Shown here one piece after another: positions 24,982-40,171 of a stretch of DNA of 64,000 nt; positions within the stretch are counted from its first letter, which is position 1; each line of letters starts with the position of its first letter. The stretch is taken from NCBI GenBank assembly GCA_963823665.1, contig CAWGMQ010000010.1:640001-704000 (forward strand). Direction: 5' to 3'. Both the position numbers and the translations under genes were made by a program. The DNA is from an uncultured Planctomycetota bacterium. GTDB lineage: Bacteria; Planctomycetota; Planctomycetia; Isosphaerales; Isosphaeraceae. Under the pieces are notes generated by a model. It did not search any database. It was not told the DNA's origin and was given only the letters and a program-made list of their open reading frames with translations.

Positions 24982-26183
24982 CTCTCAACCTCCCGTCGAG
25001 CCCACGCGTCGGTCTCCCAGAGGAAATCGAGTGTGGGCGTCGGATCAAACGTGTGGTTTTCAAGCACGGCGCGGCAGGCCCGCGCGATGTCGAGAAACCG
25101 GATCTCTCCTCGCAAGAACCGGGCCACAGCCGCTTCGTTGGCTGCATTGAGCACGGCCCCCGAGCTTCCTCCGTTGCGCATCACTTCGAAACCGAGCTCC
25201 AGGCTCGGAAACGTCTCGTAGTCCGGCGGCTCGAACCGCAGGTTGAACGCGTGTGTCAGATCGAGCCGGGGGCAGGGGGCTGGAACTCGGTCGGGGTAGG
25301 TCAGTGCGTACTGAATGGGCAATCGCATATCGGGCGGAGAGAGCTGTGCAATCACACTTCCGTCAACAAACTCGACCATCGAATGTACCACGCTTTCCGG
25401 ATGGACCACAACCTCCACTTGGTCGGGCTCCAGATCGAACAGCCAGCGGGCCTCGATCACTTCGAGCGCCTTGTTCATGAGCGTCGCCGAGTCGATCGTG
25501 ATCTTCGGGCCCATGCGCCATGTCGGGTGCTTCGACGCTTCCTCCGGCGTGACGTTCTCGAGCTGTTTGCGGGTCCGGCCCCGGAACGGGCCTCCCGACG
25601 AAGTGAGGATCACCCGGCGCACCTCCGCGGCGGCACCGCACTGCTTCGCCTGAAAAATCGCCGAGTGCTCACTATCAACCGGCAAGATTCGGGTGCCGCG
25701 TGCCTTCGCCAGGTTCATCACGAGCTCACCGGCGACCACCAGCGTTTCCTTGTTCGCGAGCGCCACGATCTTGCCCGCCTCGAGCGCCGCCCACGTTCCG
25801 CGCAGGCCGGCCGCGCCCACGATCGCGCTCAAAACCCGATCGGTCTCGGGGTCCTGCACCATCCGGATCAGGCCGTCCATTCCGCCCAGCACCCGGACTC
25901 CCGTTCCACGCAGGGCTCGCTCGAGCTCGGGCGCGGCGCTTTGATCGGCCGCGACGACATAGCGCGGGCGCAGCGCCCGAGCTTGCTCCGCCAGCGCCTG
26001 CCAGCGGCAGTGCGCGGAAAACCCCCAAGCTGCAAGTCGTTTGCGGCCGTCGTGCTCGATCACATCCAGGGCGCTTCGGCCGATCGAGCCGGTCGAGCCC
26101 AGCACCACCACGTGCGTGAGGCGATCACCGCACGCGAGGCCCTCCTCGGCCGCGACCCTTTCTTGACCGAACAGCTCTTCCAT
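24969..26183 (-). CDS. dxr: 1-deoxy-D-xylulose-5-phosphate reductoisomerase
   Basis: LGSTGSIG, LANKE, PVDSEHSAIFQ, MGPKITIDSATLMNK. Confidence 0.97.
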   Translation of the reverse strand: MEELFGQERVAAEEGLACGDRLTHVVVLGSTGSIGRSALDVIEHDGRKRLAAWGFSAHCRWQALAEQARALRPRYVVAADQSAAPELERALRGTGVRVLGGMDGLIRMVQDPETDRVLSAIVGAAGLRGTWAALEAGKIVALANKETLVVAGELVMNLAKARGTRILPVDSEHSAIFQAKQCGAAAEVRRVILTSSGGPFRGRTRKQLENVTPEEASKHPTWRMGPKITIDSATLMNKALEVIEARWLFDLEPDQVEVVVHPESVVHSMVEFVDGSVIAQLSPPDMRLPIQYALTYPDRVPAPCPRLDLTHAFNLRFEPPDYETFPSLELGFEVMRNGGSSGAVLNAANEAAVARFLRGEIRFLDIARACRAVLENHTFDPTPTLDFLWETDAWARREVESWRS

Positions 26184-26524
26184 GTTCGAGTGAACTCGCT
26201 GGCCACGATTGCGCGGGCGAGGCGATCGACCCCCCGGTTTGTTGGCCCCACGCAGTTCCTGAGACTATAGGGATTCGGCGCCTTGCAAACAAGCGAAGGC
26301 GTTCCTTCGAGATGTGCTCGTCGCGACACTCATCCCCGTTTGCTCCCGCGCCATCGTGGCTCCGCTCGAGCGTGCTCGAATAAAATGCCTGTGCGCCGGC
26401 GGGCGAACATGTTCAATTGGAGCAGGCCCCGTTGCTCCAGCACGGCGAGGCCCACGTGAAATCGGCGCGGGACCAACCAGAGCCCGCGGGCTTCGGCTGT
26501 TCCTTCAACCAACCGGAGAGACTC

Positions 26525-27817
26525 ATGCGCGTTCGTCCTTCCCGCGGATACCGGCTCTTTGTGTGTGCGGCCGTTCTCTGCGCCGGAACGATCACGGGGT
26601 GTTCCAAGGACAAGGACGAGGAAGCCATACCCGCTCCGGGTGCCTATGCGCTTGATCCCAACGCGCAGGCTCAGGCATCTGCAGATGGGAAAAAGTCGGT
26701 CGTGGGAGACCTCGACCTGAAGCTTCCCGACGAGCCTCGGGCGCGACGGGCCAAGTCGGACGATCCGCGCGAGAGTCTCGCGGTGCCCGGCCCCGGTGCG
26801 CTCGACACACGCTTCGGCGCCAATGATGTCGAGAAGACGCTGCGCACCGCGATGCGCACCGCCCGCAACGGCGAATCGGCAAAAGCCGCAGTTCTCCTGG
26901 ACCAGGTTCTCGCCGCCGAGCCTGCAAACCGCGAGGCCCTGATGATGCGGGCGGCAATCGCGCTCGAACAGTGGCAGAAAGAGAAATCGCCCGAGGCTCG
27001 CGCCGCGGCCATCGAGCGGGCGGTTGCCGGCGCGCGGGCGCTGCGCACAACCTATGAATCGCTCAAGCCCCAGGAAGCCGCCATGTTGAGTGCGGTCTTT
27101 TACGGCTACGGGCAATACCTCTGCGAGCTGGGCCGATTCGATGATGCGATCAAGGCGATCGAAGAGTCGGCCGGGCCGGGTTTTGAACCTTATTTCTTGG
27201 TTCAAAAAGATGAAAAGATGGCCGCGCTGCGCAAGGCGCCGCAGTTCCTCTCGGCCGTCAAAGCCCATGACGCCGCGCGCCTGGCTGCGGCGCGAGAACG
27301 CGTGAAGGCCAAGCTAGCCGAACCGATCAACTTGCCGTTTCAATTCACTCATCGCGACCTGGATTCCAAACCGGTCTCGCTCTCGGACTTCAAGGGAAAG
27401 GTTGTGCTGGTCGACTTCTGGGGCACCTGGTGCGGTCCCTGCAAGCAGACGATCCCCCATCTGATCGACCTGTATCACAATCGCAAAGCCAAGGGCCTCC
27501 AGGTCATCGGCCTGGACTACGAAAAAGAGATCAAGGATGAATCCAAAGCTCGCGAGCTTGTCAAACCCTTCGCCAAGCAGGTGGGGATGGACTATCCCTG
27601 CGTGATCACCGACGACGCGACCATCCAGCAGATCCCCGGCTTCAAGGGGTTCCCCACGTTCGTGATTGTTGACCGCGCCGGAAAGGTGCGCCTGGCCATC
27701 ACCGAGCCCGATGACAACTCCCTGGAATTGATGCGCGACGTCATCGAGGTGCTGCTCGACGAACCGCCGCCCGCCGCCGAACCCTCCAAGAAGCCGGCGG
27801 AGGAGTCCAAGAAGTAG
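26525..27817 (+). CDS. TlpA-family thiol-disulfide oxidoreductase lipoprotein with TPR-like region
   Basis: Lipobox ITGC; LSDFKGKVVLVDFWGTWCGPC. Confidence 0.88.
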   Translation: MRVRPSRGYRLFVCAAVLCAGTITGCSKDKDEEAIPAPGAYALDPNAQAQASADGKKSVVGDLDLKLPDEPRARRAKSDDPRESLAVPGPGALDTRFGANDVEKTLRTAMRTARNGESAKAAVLLDQVLAAEPANREALMMRAAIALEQWQKEKSPEARAAAIERAVAGARALRTTYESLKPQEAAMLSAVFYGYGQYLCELGRFDDAIKAIEESAGPGFEPYFLVQKDEKMAALRKAPQFLSAVKAHDAARLAAARERVKAKLAEPINLPFQFTHRDLDSKPVSLSDFKGKVVLVDFWGTWCGPCKQTIPHLIDLYHNRKAKGLQVIGLDYEKEIKDESKARELVKPFAKQVGMDYPCVITDDATIQQIPGFKGFPTFVIVDRAGKVRLAITEPDDNSLELMRDVIEVLLDEPPPAAEPSKKPAEESKK

Positions 27818-27866
27818 GCACACGGAGTGTGCCGTTCACCAGTTCCGGCACACGGAGTGTGCCTAC
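27814..27866. repeat. GTAG-family REP doublet (GTAGGCACACGGAGTGTGCCG ... CGGCACACGGAGTGTGCCTAC)
   Basis: Two palindromic units between convergent genes, bounded by GTAG and CTAC. Confidence 0.8.
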
Positions 27867-27917
27867 TACGAAGACTCGACCACAATGTCAAACCGCGAGC
27901 TTGTTTCCGGCCTGCTC

Positions 27918-28959
27918 CTAAGGCTCGCCTCGAGCAAACGAATTTGCCAATTCTCCGCTGGCAGTCCCTGACAATACCTTCAAATGCACCGCCCGCCGTT
28001 CGTAGGCGATGAATCCTGCCGTCTCGTACAGCCGCTGCGCCGGCGTGTTGCGCACATCGACGGTGAGCTCGAGCCAGGGCGCATGCTCACGCGCAGCTCG
28101 AGCGCGCGCGCGACCACGGCACGCCCCAGCCCCCGGCCCCGCGCGGCCGGGGTCAAGCCGAGGTAGAGCACTTCCCAGATCTTGCGGGCCTGGTTCTCCG
28201 CGAGCAAGAGCACGGCTCTGCGCCGGGCTCATCGCGAATTTGCCCCAGCATCCACCGCTCGGGCGCGAACGAGCCCACGGCCTTGTATCCTTCGAGGATC
28301 TCCTCGAACGAACGAGCACCTTCGAGCTCCGGCATATCCAGACTGCCAGCGTACGTTTCTGCCAACGTTCGCCGAAATTCGCGCTCGGGAATCTCGTCGA
28401 ACGCGTGCCAGATAAACTCGCCGCGAGAAGAGTCTGCATCGATGGAACTCGCACCCGCCCGCAATCCAGTTCGGCTCTCAAGACCCGTCGGCATCGAAGT
28501 GAGGTCCAGCGAGTCCGCGGTCGCCCGCTCGAGATAGAGCATCTCGGTGATGCGCGGCATTCCTCCTTTCTCGAGGGCGCGACTCGCCTGTGGTCCGGCC
28601 GATTCGTCGACGACCGATTGCACGACCTTGAATCCTCGCGCGGCGAAATCCGCTAAAGCCTCCTGCACCATCGTCGCGGCGAGGCGATCGGCACGCCACG
28701 CACGACGAATTTCCGGCGGCCATATCGCGGCGATCCTGCCCGCCAGCGGCTGCGTGAGCATCGCACCGGCGATCCGCCGCGGGCCGGTCAGCGCGATCCA
28801 CAACCCGGAAAGATCCGTCTCACCGCGCTCTGCCTCGGCAAGCACCCGCACGATCAGCGGCTCTCGTAACCCCGATGGCACATTGCGGTACAGCAGCTCG
28901 AGCGCGCCGCCCCTCGAGTGCTCGGGACACTTCATCACGCCCGGGGCGAGCTGTTCCAT
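27918..28959 (-). CDS. GNAT family acetyltransferase (two frameshifts)
   Basis: YLGLTPAARGRGLG and VDVRNTPAQRLYETAGF in successive frames. Confidence 0.82.
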
Positions 28960-28998
28960 CAAACCGATCCCTTTCGCCGGTTGCGCTCCGAATTGCCC

Positions 28999-29703
28999 TC
29001 AGCGCTTCGCGCCACCCCCTGCTGCCGGACGTTTCGCCAAGCTAACGGTCAACGGGTTCGATTGAAGCGAATCACGGCAGAATGGAAGGCTGCGATGCCC
29101 TTCGCCAAGCGAACGCTCAGCCGCCTGCATTGCCGCCCACTGAATCGAGTATTCCCAACTGACTGTGCCTCGCTTGCATCGGTCGAACACGCTGAATTTC
29201 GAGACTTCTTCGTAATAGGTAGCATTCGTGACGCAACCGAGCGCGCCATTCGATAGACGCCGGCTCGCTCGCATGCTGCCGATTCTGAACATTTGCACGC
29301 GATCTTTCAGTTCAATTTCCTTCGAGATCGATTCACCTGGTTTGAGAATGACGAAGCGGCCCCACGATTGGGGCGGTTCTGCTGACTTGAAGCGCTCTCT
29401 GACAAGCGGCAAGCCATCGTCATCGACGACCGACCAGCGGACATGGGCTGCAAACTCGCGATCCCAGGCCACTGGATTCGCGGAAGTGTTCTTGACGGTC
29501 GCGCGCACGACGATTCGATCTTGCGTCTGTTCGCCGACGGCTGAAAGCCCTAGCTCGAGTACGGCGTTACGCGCTCGCGCCACAGACATGTCGGCAATCG
29601 TTGCCCTGACGAGGTTCGGCAACTGCACGTCCGGGTCATCGACGCCGCACGCGTTAAGCACGAAACAAACGGTCAGCGCGGAAAGCGGTACCACTCTTCG
29701 CAT
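28999..29703 (-). CDS. Hypothetical lipoprotein, paralog 1 (Ig-like)
   Basis: Lipobox LNAC; VVRATVKN, AWDR.F and RFVILKPGES.SKEI.L shared with the gene at 32476-33169. Confidence 0.7.
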   Translation of the reverse strand: MRRVVPLSALTVCFVLNACGVDDPDVQLPNLVRATIADMSVARARNAVLELGLSAVGEQTQDRIVVRATVKNTSANPVAWDREFAAHVRWSVVDDDGLPLVRERFKSAEPPQSWGRFVILKPGESISKEIELKDRVQMFRIGSMRASRRLSNGALGCVTNATYYEEVSKFSVFDRCKRGTVSWEYSIQWAAMQAAERSLGEGHRSLPFCRDSLQSNPLTVSLAKRPAAGGGAKR

Positions 29704-29945
29704 GGCGTCACCTCATCAACAAATGGTGACGTAAAACGACGCACCATTTTGCCGGCAGCCGTCGCGAGAAGCCCGGGGCTCACCAGCATTCTATCGGGAC
29801 AACTGATCACTTGTGAAGTGAGCCGGGTCGTGATCGTCGCCGGAGTGCCGGCGCCCGCCTTCGGGAATATTGCCAGGGAAGCCGTCCCTGTTCTAAGGGA
29901 GCACACGGACGGAACGCAAGTCTCGACACGGACGGAGAGTCAATC

Positions 29946-31283
29946 ATGCAAACGGCTTGGAGCATCCTGGCCCTGGCCTTGTTCCTCACGGACGGCTCGC
30001 CAAAAAATCAACAAGAGCCGCCGGGCCCCCAGTTCAAGATCACATTCAAATTCTGCAGCTTGTCCGAGCCGGCTGAGCCCAAGACCACCGTCGAGACACC
30101 CGAGCCGGACACATGCTCGAAGCCCGCCGACGAGGCCGTCGCGTATCGCGAGCCGTGGCAGTTGAGTCTTCCCGAAGCCATTCGTATCGCCCTGGAAAAC
30201 TCTGACTACATTCGCGTCGTGGGCGACGCAAAAGACGAATGCCTGTGCTTGCGCCCCATGACCGGCTGCTTGGATGCGGAAAACCCGTCCGTAGCGATCG
30301 ACAGTGACGAGGCTGACGACGTTTCCGGTCCATTCAAAGCAGACGCCACCGCGCTCGTTCGCTCCGTTGAGCTGCTGTACTGGAATGTTTACGTGGCACG
30401 AGTGCATCTCGCCACGGCCGAGGCCGCGCTCAGGCTGGCCGAGCAAGTCGTCACCGAGCGCACAGTCGATCTCGGGAGCAGTGCGTCTGCCCTCGAGATC
30501 TGCGATGCCATTGACCGCCTGGAACAGCTCGTCGCTGACGTGGACCGAGGCCGATCCTCTACGATGGACGCGGAGCATCGATTGCGAACGATCATGGGAT
30601 TGCCGAGCTCAGACACTCGGGCGATCACACCGACCAGCGATCCGGTTACCCGGTTGATCGTAGCTGGCCCGAAGTCTTTGGTGAGGAAAGCGAGTCGCGC
30701 GAAGCGGCAACATCACGAAAACGACGAGCTCCGGCTAACCGTCCCAGACCAGGCGGATTCATTCGTGCAATTGGCTCGCGAAGTCAGCGCGGATTTTAGT
30801 CGCTACTCGAAGGCCAGACGGGTAACGACCGCCGACGCCAAGCGGCTAGCTCACCAGAGCCGTGCGTTCCAGAAAGGCCGGATCACGGTCGGCCGTTTCC
30901 TGGACTTCGTCCGCCAGTACACAGCCTCGGTGACGGCAGAAGCCGCGTCTGTGGCGGCTTACAACACCACGCTCGCCGCCCTCGGCGAGGCATCCGGAAC
31001 GCTACTCGAAATGCGGGACATCATCATCGCCGACGAGCCCGATCGACCGGAATCGTCGCACGCTGCGACGGCCAAGAAAGACGAGCAGGCAAAAACAACC
31101 GCGTTTGAGACCGCTCGGCTCGCTGCGACTGCGGTGCCCCCGATCCCGGTGCTTCCCGAGCTTGAGCCAAACTCCGAGGACCAAACCACCGGCACGAATC
31201 CCGTCGATCAAGATGACACGGAGGTCGTCTTCTCATTCTCCCTCGGCGGTTTCAAGTGCGAGCTCAGCGTCGCGAAGCCGTAG
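29946..31283 (+). CDS. TolC-like (outer membrane efflux-related) planctomycete protein
   Basis: W.LSL.EAIRIALENS, VRSVE.LYW and YN..LAAL.EA.GTLLE motifs. Confidence 0.6.
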   Translation: MQTAWSILALALFLTDGSPKNQQEPPGPQFKITFKFCSLSEPAEPKTTVETPEPDTCSKPADEAVAYREPWQLSLPEAIRIALENSDYIRVVGDAKDECLCLRPMTGCLDAENPSVAIDSDEADDVSGPFKADATALVRSVELLYWNVYVARVHLATAEAALRLAEQVVTERTVDLGSSASALEICDAIDRLEQLVADVDRGRSSTMDAEHRLRTIMGLPSSDTRAITPTSDPVTRLIVAGPKSLVRKASRAKRQHHENDELRLTVPDQADSFVQLAREVSADFSRYSKARRVTTADAKRLAHQSRAFQKGRITVGRFLDFVRQYTASVTAEAASVAAYNTTLAALGEASGTLLEMRDIIIADEPDRPESSHAATAKKDEQAKTTAFETARLAATAVPPIPVLPELEPNSEDQTTGTNPVDQDDTEVVFSFSLGGFKCELSVAKP

Positions 31284-31302
31284 GTTAGGCTTTCAGCCTG
31301 AC
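31280..31302. repeat. GTAG-family REP (GTAGGTTAGGCTTTCAGCCTGAC)
   Basis: Near-identical to the copy at 49769; both sit at gene 3' ends. Confidence 0.7.
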
Positions 31303-31474
31303 TTCCCCCAGAGCATACCCCTGGGCTTCGCAGCGTTTCTGTGCCGTTTCCGCAAGCGGGTAACTTCGTCTCCACGCTTGATTCCGTTCTTCTGTAGAGT
31401 CCGCCCTTGCGGACCGTTCCTTTTCAAATTCCGCGCGATGACGAGCTCCGCGCCGCCACGCATCAGCGCACCCC

Positions 31475-31657
31475 TCACTTGATCGACAGGGTCAACTGGT
31501 TCGACTCGGCCCGGCCGTCCCAGAAAGGAAGTTTCCGGCGCGCTTCGCCGAACCAGTCAATGAACGCGCCGTACGCTTGGGGATGCGGCTGGTATCTCAG
31601 TTGCACGTTGATCTGTTGGCATGTTTTCGGAACGTGGAACCTTGAAGTGCTCTCGTT
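31475..31657 (-). pseudogene. C-terminal remnant of a third lipoprotein paralog
   Basis: Manual translation NESTSRFHVPKTCQQINVQLRYQPH...WFGEARRKLPFWDGRAESNQLTLSIK* matches the C-terminus of 32476-33169. Confidence 0.75.
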
Positions 31658-31990
31658 CCGGCTGCCAGGGCTATCGCGGCGATCATCAGGTCATTCGGGC
31701 CGATCAAATAACCGGCACTAGCCAGGTGTGCGCAGTCTGCCATATTCCTCGGCCGCGGCATCGTCGAACGGCATTGTCGAGAATACGGCCCTGAGTTCGG
31801 CAATCTTCGCTCGATTCACTTTCTCATGAAGCGGCCCGCTTCGGACGGCGCCGAAGATCAACTCGCCGAGGACCACCGAGCACAGGTACACACTGCCCGG
31901 CGGGGAGGCGAGCAACTTAGCGGTGACTTTTGACTGCGGCCCGTGCCGCATGTGGTCGACGAATGCGTTTGTGTCGAGCAGATGGCTCAC
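31658..31990 (-). pseudogene. VapC PIN toxin, frameshifted and C-terminally truncated
   Basis: LLDTN, V.GEL.FGA, PFDDAAAEEYG and IGPNDLMIAAIALA present; the final LVT.N..EF motif is missing. Confidence 0.8.
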
Positions 31991-32226
31991 GTAAGCGGGT
32001 CCCGATCTTCGAACTCACCCTGTGATGGTCGTTCGAACTCGCCCTGCCAACCGCCCGCAGTCGCCAGAACTCTAGCTCGCCACTCTTCGGCCGTCATCTC
32101 CTGCTTCGGGCCGACTGCCTCGATCGTGACCCGCACCTCTCGGTCCGCCTGATCCGCTCCTAGAGGAAGACTGAGTTGTAGCACCCCTTCGGCACTCAGA
32201 CGCCGTTCCACAATAATCCGAGTCAT
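31987..32226 (-). CDS. Putative VapB-type antitoxin
   Basis: 79 aa, 4-nt overlap with the vapC start, W.GEFERP.QG..E.R C-terminus. Confidence 0.7.
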   Translation of the reverse strand: MTRIIVERRLSAEGVLQLSLPLGADQADREVRVTIEAVGPKQEMTAEEWRARVLATAGGWQGEFERPSQGEFEDRDPLT

Positions 32227-32475
32227 AAGTTTACTCCTGATCGGGACGATACCCGTATTGTACGCACCGGCCCGATGGCTCGCCCAGCAGCTACCAGCGC
32301 GAACCAAGCACGAGGCGCCACACCAGATTCGCCCCGATCGTCGCGGGTGGAGGCCTGGGCTATTCCAAGCTGGGAACCCGATCATTCGAGTGAAACTCTC
32401 TGTGGGAGCGGAGCGAGAATCGGCTCCTTACGCGACACACTCGGCCGAATCCCACTTCAACGCAGCGGCGGCCCG

Positions 32476-33169
32476 CTACTCGATCGCGAGGGTCAACTGA
32501 TTCGATTCGAGCCAGCCAAGCCACAAGGGCAGCTCACGACTGGCTTTCCCAAACCAGTTCACGAGAACCTCCGAATGCCAGGTTGTGCGGGTAATAGTTC
32601 AGACGCACGTTGATCTGTTTGCACGTGGCCGGAATGTTGAGCTTTGAGCTTGTTTCGTAAAAGATCCCCACATGATAAAAAACGCCTTCGCGACCAGTTT
32701 CGGTGCTCACGCGGGTTCCGTGACCCTCCTGAGACTCTTGAACGCGACCGGCCAAATCGATCTCTTTCGAGAACGATTGTCCCGGCTTGAGAATCACGAA
32801 ACGGCTGGATAACTCCGACGGCGAAGGCGCGGAAAGCGACTCTTGTTGATAGCGCGGGATGGCCGCGCCCGTCCCGTCGGTCACGTACCAGCCCACATGA
32901 ACGCTGAAGTCGCGGTCCCACGCCAACGGACGATCGCAAGTATTTGTCACTGTCGCCCGAACGACAACACGATCGCGTCGCGGATTCCCGGCGGCCGAGA
33001 GCGTGATCGCAAGTCCAGAGGCGGGTTTTTCCGCCACGGAAAGGCTCTCCCTCACCACCGAATAAAATGCCTGCGCCTTCGGGTCAATCGCCGGCTCCGG
33101 CTCGTCCGGCCCACACGCATTCAGCACGAAACAGACGCAAAGCGCCGAGACCCTCGCGATTCTTCGCAC
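32476..33169 (-). CDS. Hypothetical lipoprotein, paralog 2 (frameshift near 32565)
   Basis: VRRIARVSALCVCFVLNAC lipobox. Alternate frame ends WFGKASRELPLWLGWLESNQLTLAIE*. Confidence 0.7.
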
Positions 33170-33264
33170 GACCGGACCCCTTTTTCTCTCAAAGGACGGC
33201 CCCAACTCGAACCGGTGAAATCCGTATTCAGTCTCCACGCTTTTCCACGTCGCAAACCACGAAT

Positions 33265-34131
33265 TCAGCGCGTCGACACCGCCTTCTGGACGAACTCGAA
33301 CAACATCTTCGTCCCCGGATCCTCCGGCAGCCCGATATCCGCATTGACCTTGTTGTGAGTCGACTCCCGGGCACCATAAACGCTGACAGGAACGCCTGCC
33401 TCCTTGAGCACGCTCGCCAGGCGCTGTGCTTGCGCACTGGTATCCGGATGGTCGGCAACATGCATGATCAAGAACGGTGGTATACCTTTGTCCTTCGCCA
33501 CGTGGGTCACGGCCGAGAAATCCCGATGCTTCGCCGGGTCGTTGCCGAACTTCTCGCGATGGCCGAACTTGAGCTGCGGCTGACCGTGAACCCGACGCCG
33601 GGTCTCGGCGGTCTCGATGATGGCTGGGATGTCGTAGGTGTCTCCATCGACGGGCACGCACCCCTTCACGATCGCCAGCGACAGCCCCTCGGCCTTCAAG
33701 TAGCGATCGTCAGTGCAGACGAGCGCGGCGAGCTGTGCACCAGCGGAGTGACCCATGATGAACAAACGCGTCGGATCGCCCCCATACTCGGCAATGTGCG
33801 CGTGCACCCAGTGAATTGACTTCGCGACGTCGCGCACGATGGTTTCCATGTCGACCTGAGGCAGAAGCCGATAGTTGGTCGAGACGAACACGAACCCCTT
33901 GTCCATGAACGCCTGCGGCTTCAACTGCACGCTCGATTTGTCGCCCGTCTGCCAGCCGCCGCCGTGAATCCAGAACACAACGGGCAGGTTCTTCGCCTGC
34001 GGCGGCGCGTAGACATCGAGCATCTGCCGCTCGTCCGCCGGCTCCGCATAAGGAATGTTGCGTTTGATCTCCTGAGCTTGAGCCTCGATCGTGAATGCAA
34101 ATGCGACGAGCAACAGCGAAAGGTATTTCAC
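33265..34131 (-). CDS. Secreted alpha/beta hydrolase (esterase/lipase)
   Basis: HGGGW, NYRL and GHSAG; AAGGAG RBS before GTG at 34131. Confidence 0.9.
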   Translation of the reverse strand: MKYLSLLLVAFAFTIEAQAQEIKRNIPYAEPADERQMLDVYAPPQAKNLPVVFWIHGGGWQTGDKSSVQLKPQAFMDKGFVFVSTNYRLLPQVDMETIVRDVAKSIHWVHAHIAEYGGDPTRLFIMGHSAGAQLAALVCTDDRYLKAEGLSLAIVKGCVPVDGDTYDIPAIIETAETRRRVHGQPQLKFGHREKFGNDPAKHRDFSAVTHVAKDKGIPPFLIMHVADHPDTSAQAQRLASVLKEAGVPVSVYGARESTHNKVNADIGLPEDPGTKMLFEFVQKAVSTR

Positions 34132-34291
34132 GGGTTTTGTCTCCTTGACCGGTGGGAAGCACATATTGTATGCGCCGACCCGACGGCTTTCCCAGCCGTC
34201 ACCCATCCCCGCGTCGTGGCTCCAGAGCAGACGGGTGCGCGTGTCAGAGATCGGCCGCGCCTGTGTATAAAGGATCAAGAAGGCGCACACG

Positions 34292-34888
34292 ATGGGCTCA
34301 ACTCCGGAAACACGACCAAGCTTGTTGATCCGCGTCCGCGATCCGGCGGATCAGGCGGCGTGGCAGGAGTTCGTCGAGATCTACCAGCCTGTTATCCTTC
34401 GGCTGGCCCGCCAGAAGGGGATGCAGGAGGCCGATGCGGACGACGTCGCACAGGAGATCCTGGTCGCCGTTGCCAGAGCGGTCGAGCAGCGAGAACATGA
34501 TCCCAAACGAGCGAAGTTTCGCACCTGGCTGGGCCGGGTGGCTCACAACGCGATTCTCAATGCGCTGACTCGCGGCAAGCCGGATCGCGGCTCGGGGGAT
34601 CCCGCACTCCTCGCGGTGCTCGATCAACGTGAGTCAAAGACCGGGCCTGATTCCGAGCTGCTGCGGCTCGAGCACCGGCGGGAAGTCTTTCGCTGGGCCG
34701 TGCGCCAGGTTCGCAAGGAATTTCAGCAGACCACGTGGGACGCATTCTGGCTGACCGCCGTCGAGGGACGGGCTGTCGAGGCCGTGGCGGCAGAACTCGA
34801 CAAGAACCCGGGCGCGATCTACGCGGCACGAAGCCGCGTGATGCGGCGAATCCTGGAAAAGGTGACCGAGTACGCGCAGGAAACATAG
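34292..34888 (+). CDS. ECF sigma-70 factor (planctomycete kinase-associated type)
   Basis: [36 protein letters not shown]. Confidence 0.92.
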   Translation: MGSTPETRPSLLIRVRDPADQAAWQEFVEIYQPVILRLARQKGMQEADADDVAQEILVAVARAVEQREHDPKRAKFRTWLGRVAHNAILNALTRGKPDRGSGDPALLAVLDQRESKTGPDSELLRLEHRREVFRWAVRQVRKEFQQTTWDAFWLTAVEGRAVEAVAAELDKNPGAIYAARSRVMRRILEKVTEYAQET

Positions 34889-34945
34889 GGCGGTGCGTGT
34901 CAGATTTCGGCGCCTCGTGTGTATAGGTTGCCGGGAGGTCAATCC

Positions 34946-38721
<3,776 letters not shown>

Positions 38722-38794
38722 ACCGCTGGTGCTCGCGCCCGATCAATTGAATCGTGTCAATTCCATCTCACGTCGTTCGTCAGGAGTGATCGTC

Positions 38795-40093
38795 ATGATC
38801 GCCGCAGTTGGTCTGGGCCTGCTGGGACTGGTTCTTTGCCAGGCGCCGCGCGGTGCTGACTCGAGCCAGTCACCACCGGCTGCGGCGGCGCCGGCAGCGG
38901 CTGCACCGACAGACACCACGCCGGGCGCGTCAAAATCATGGAATTTCAAGACAGGAGCAAGCATCAAGACCATCGCCTGTTCGGAGGACGGCAAGCTCGT
39001 CGCTGTCGCGAATGGTGATCCGACGATGAACATGCTCGAAAATGGAACGAGCCGGCTCAAGGACGACTGGAAGCCGTCGGTGGAAATCCTGGACGCCCGG
39101 ACGGGGAAGACAGTCGCAGTTCCAAAGCTCACGACGGTTGCTGAAGATCTGGTGCTTGGGGCGACTCCACGATTCGAGGTCACGGCTCTCGCCTTTTCGC
39201 CCGATGGCAAGGTCGTGGCAGTCGGGACGAGTATTGGCCAGGTGAAACTGTACGACGCGCGGACCGGCGCGCTTCTTCGATTACTGGACGATCGCGCGGC
39301 AAAACTTGCGGACACGAAGACCCCGGAGAACTGGAAGTCGCTCGAGCGGGCGATGGGAAGCATTGCGTCATTGACGTTTTCGCCTGACGGCCGCCAGTTG
39401 GCCACGTGCGGCGGCTCGTTTGGCGACTTCTCTCGCGTTTTCGACAAATCCGAACGGTTGGACGAGCGGAGCACAGGCCCCGGCCGGCTCAAGATCTGGG
39501 ACGTGAAGACCGAAACGCTCAAGCATGATCTGGTCGGGCATAGCCACGCGAGCGCGCTCGCTTTTTCTCCGGATACGCGCTTGCTCGCCAGCGCCGGAAG
39601 CTGGCTGAGTGACGCAGAAACCGGGACCGGCGTGGTCATCTGGGATGCACAGACTTTCAAGAAGCTTCGCATTGTTTCGATCGAGGCGAACGGCGGTACC
39701 GATTCGGTCGCATTTTCCCTCGACGGCAAACTGATGGCGATGAGCTCACGTCATTTTGACAAAGACAAGGTGAGCGACCCAGGCACGAGTATCATCAGCC
39801 TGGCAAACGTCGGGTCGGGCATTGTTGAGTGGCGAAGAACACTCCCCGGTTGGGCAAAACCCGTGGCATTCCAGCGCAATGCCGTCTTGACGCTGACCGG
39901 CGGACAATTGATGCCGTTCCTGGAACTGAAGACGGGGAAGACGCTGTTCAGGATCAAGCGATCGGCCGACCCTCGCTACGGCGGACGCTGGAACGATTTC
40001 GTGATCGTGAAACAAGGCCAAATGTGGGTGACCGTTGGACAGGATTCCGACGGAAAAGGGACCGTCGGAATTATTGATCCCGATGGTCCTTGA
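38795..40093 (+). CDS. Secreted WD40-repeat protein, copy 1
   Basis: AGGAG RBS, signal-like N-terminus and AFSPDG repeats; highly similar to the kinase C-terminal propeller. Confidence 0.85.
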   Translation: MIAAVGLGLLGLVLCQAPRGADSSQSPPAAAAPAAAAPTDTTPGASKSWNFKTGASIKTIACSEDGKLVAVANGDPTMNMLENGTSRLKDDWKPSVEILDARTGKTVAVPKLTTVAEDLVLGATPRFEVTALAFSPDGKVVAVGTSIGQVKLYDARTGALLRLLDDRAAKLADTKTPENWKSLERAMGSIASLTFSPDGRQLATCGGSFGDFSRVFDKSERLDERSTGPGRLKIWDVKTETLKHDLVGHSHASALAFSPDTRLLASAGSWLSDAETGTGVVIWDAQTFKKLRIVSIEANGGTDSVAFSLDGKLMAMSSRHFDKDKVSDPGTSIISLANVGSGIVEWRRTLPGWAKPVAFQRNAVLTLTGGQLMPFLELKTGKTLFRIKRSADPRYGGRWNDFVIVKQGQMWVTVGQDSDGKGTVGIIDPDGP

Positions 40094-40171
40094 ACCGCTG
40101 GTGCTAGCGCCGCATCAAGGTCGCTGTGTCTTTTCTTCTCGATTTCACGTCGTTCGTCAGGAGTGATCGTC

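Noticed and set aside
27814..27866. Possible mini-CRISPR (two near-identical palindromes)
   Set aside because: Only two units, a spacer of about 10 bp, GTAG/CTAC ends and no cas genes; fits a REP doublet.
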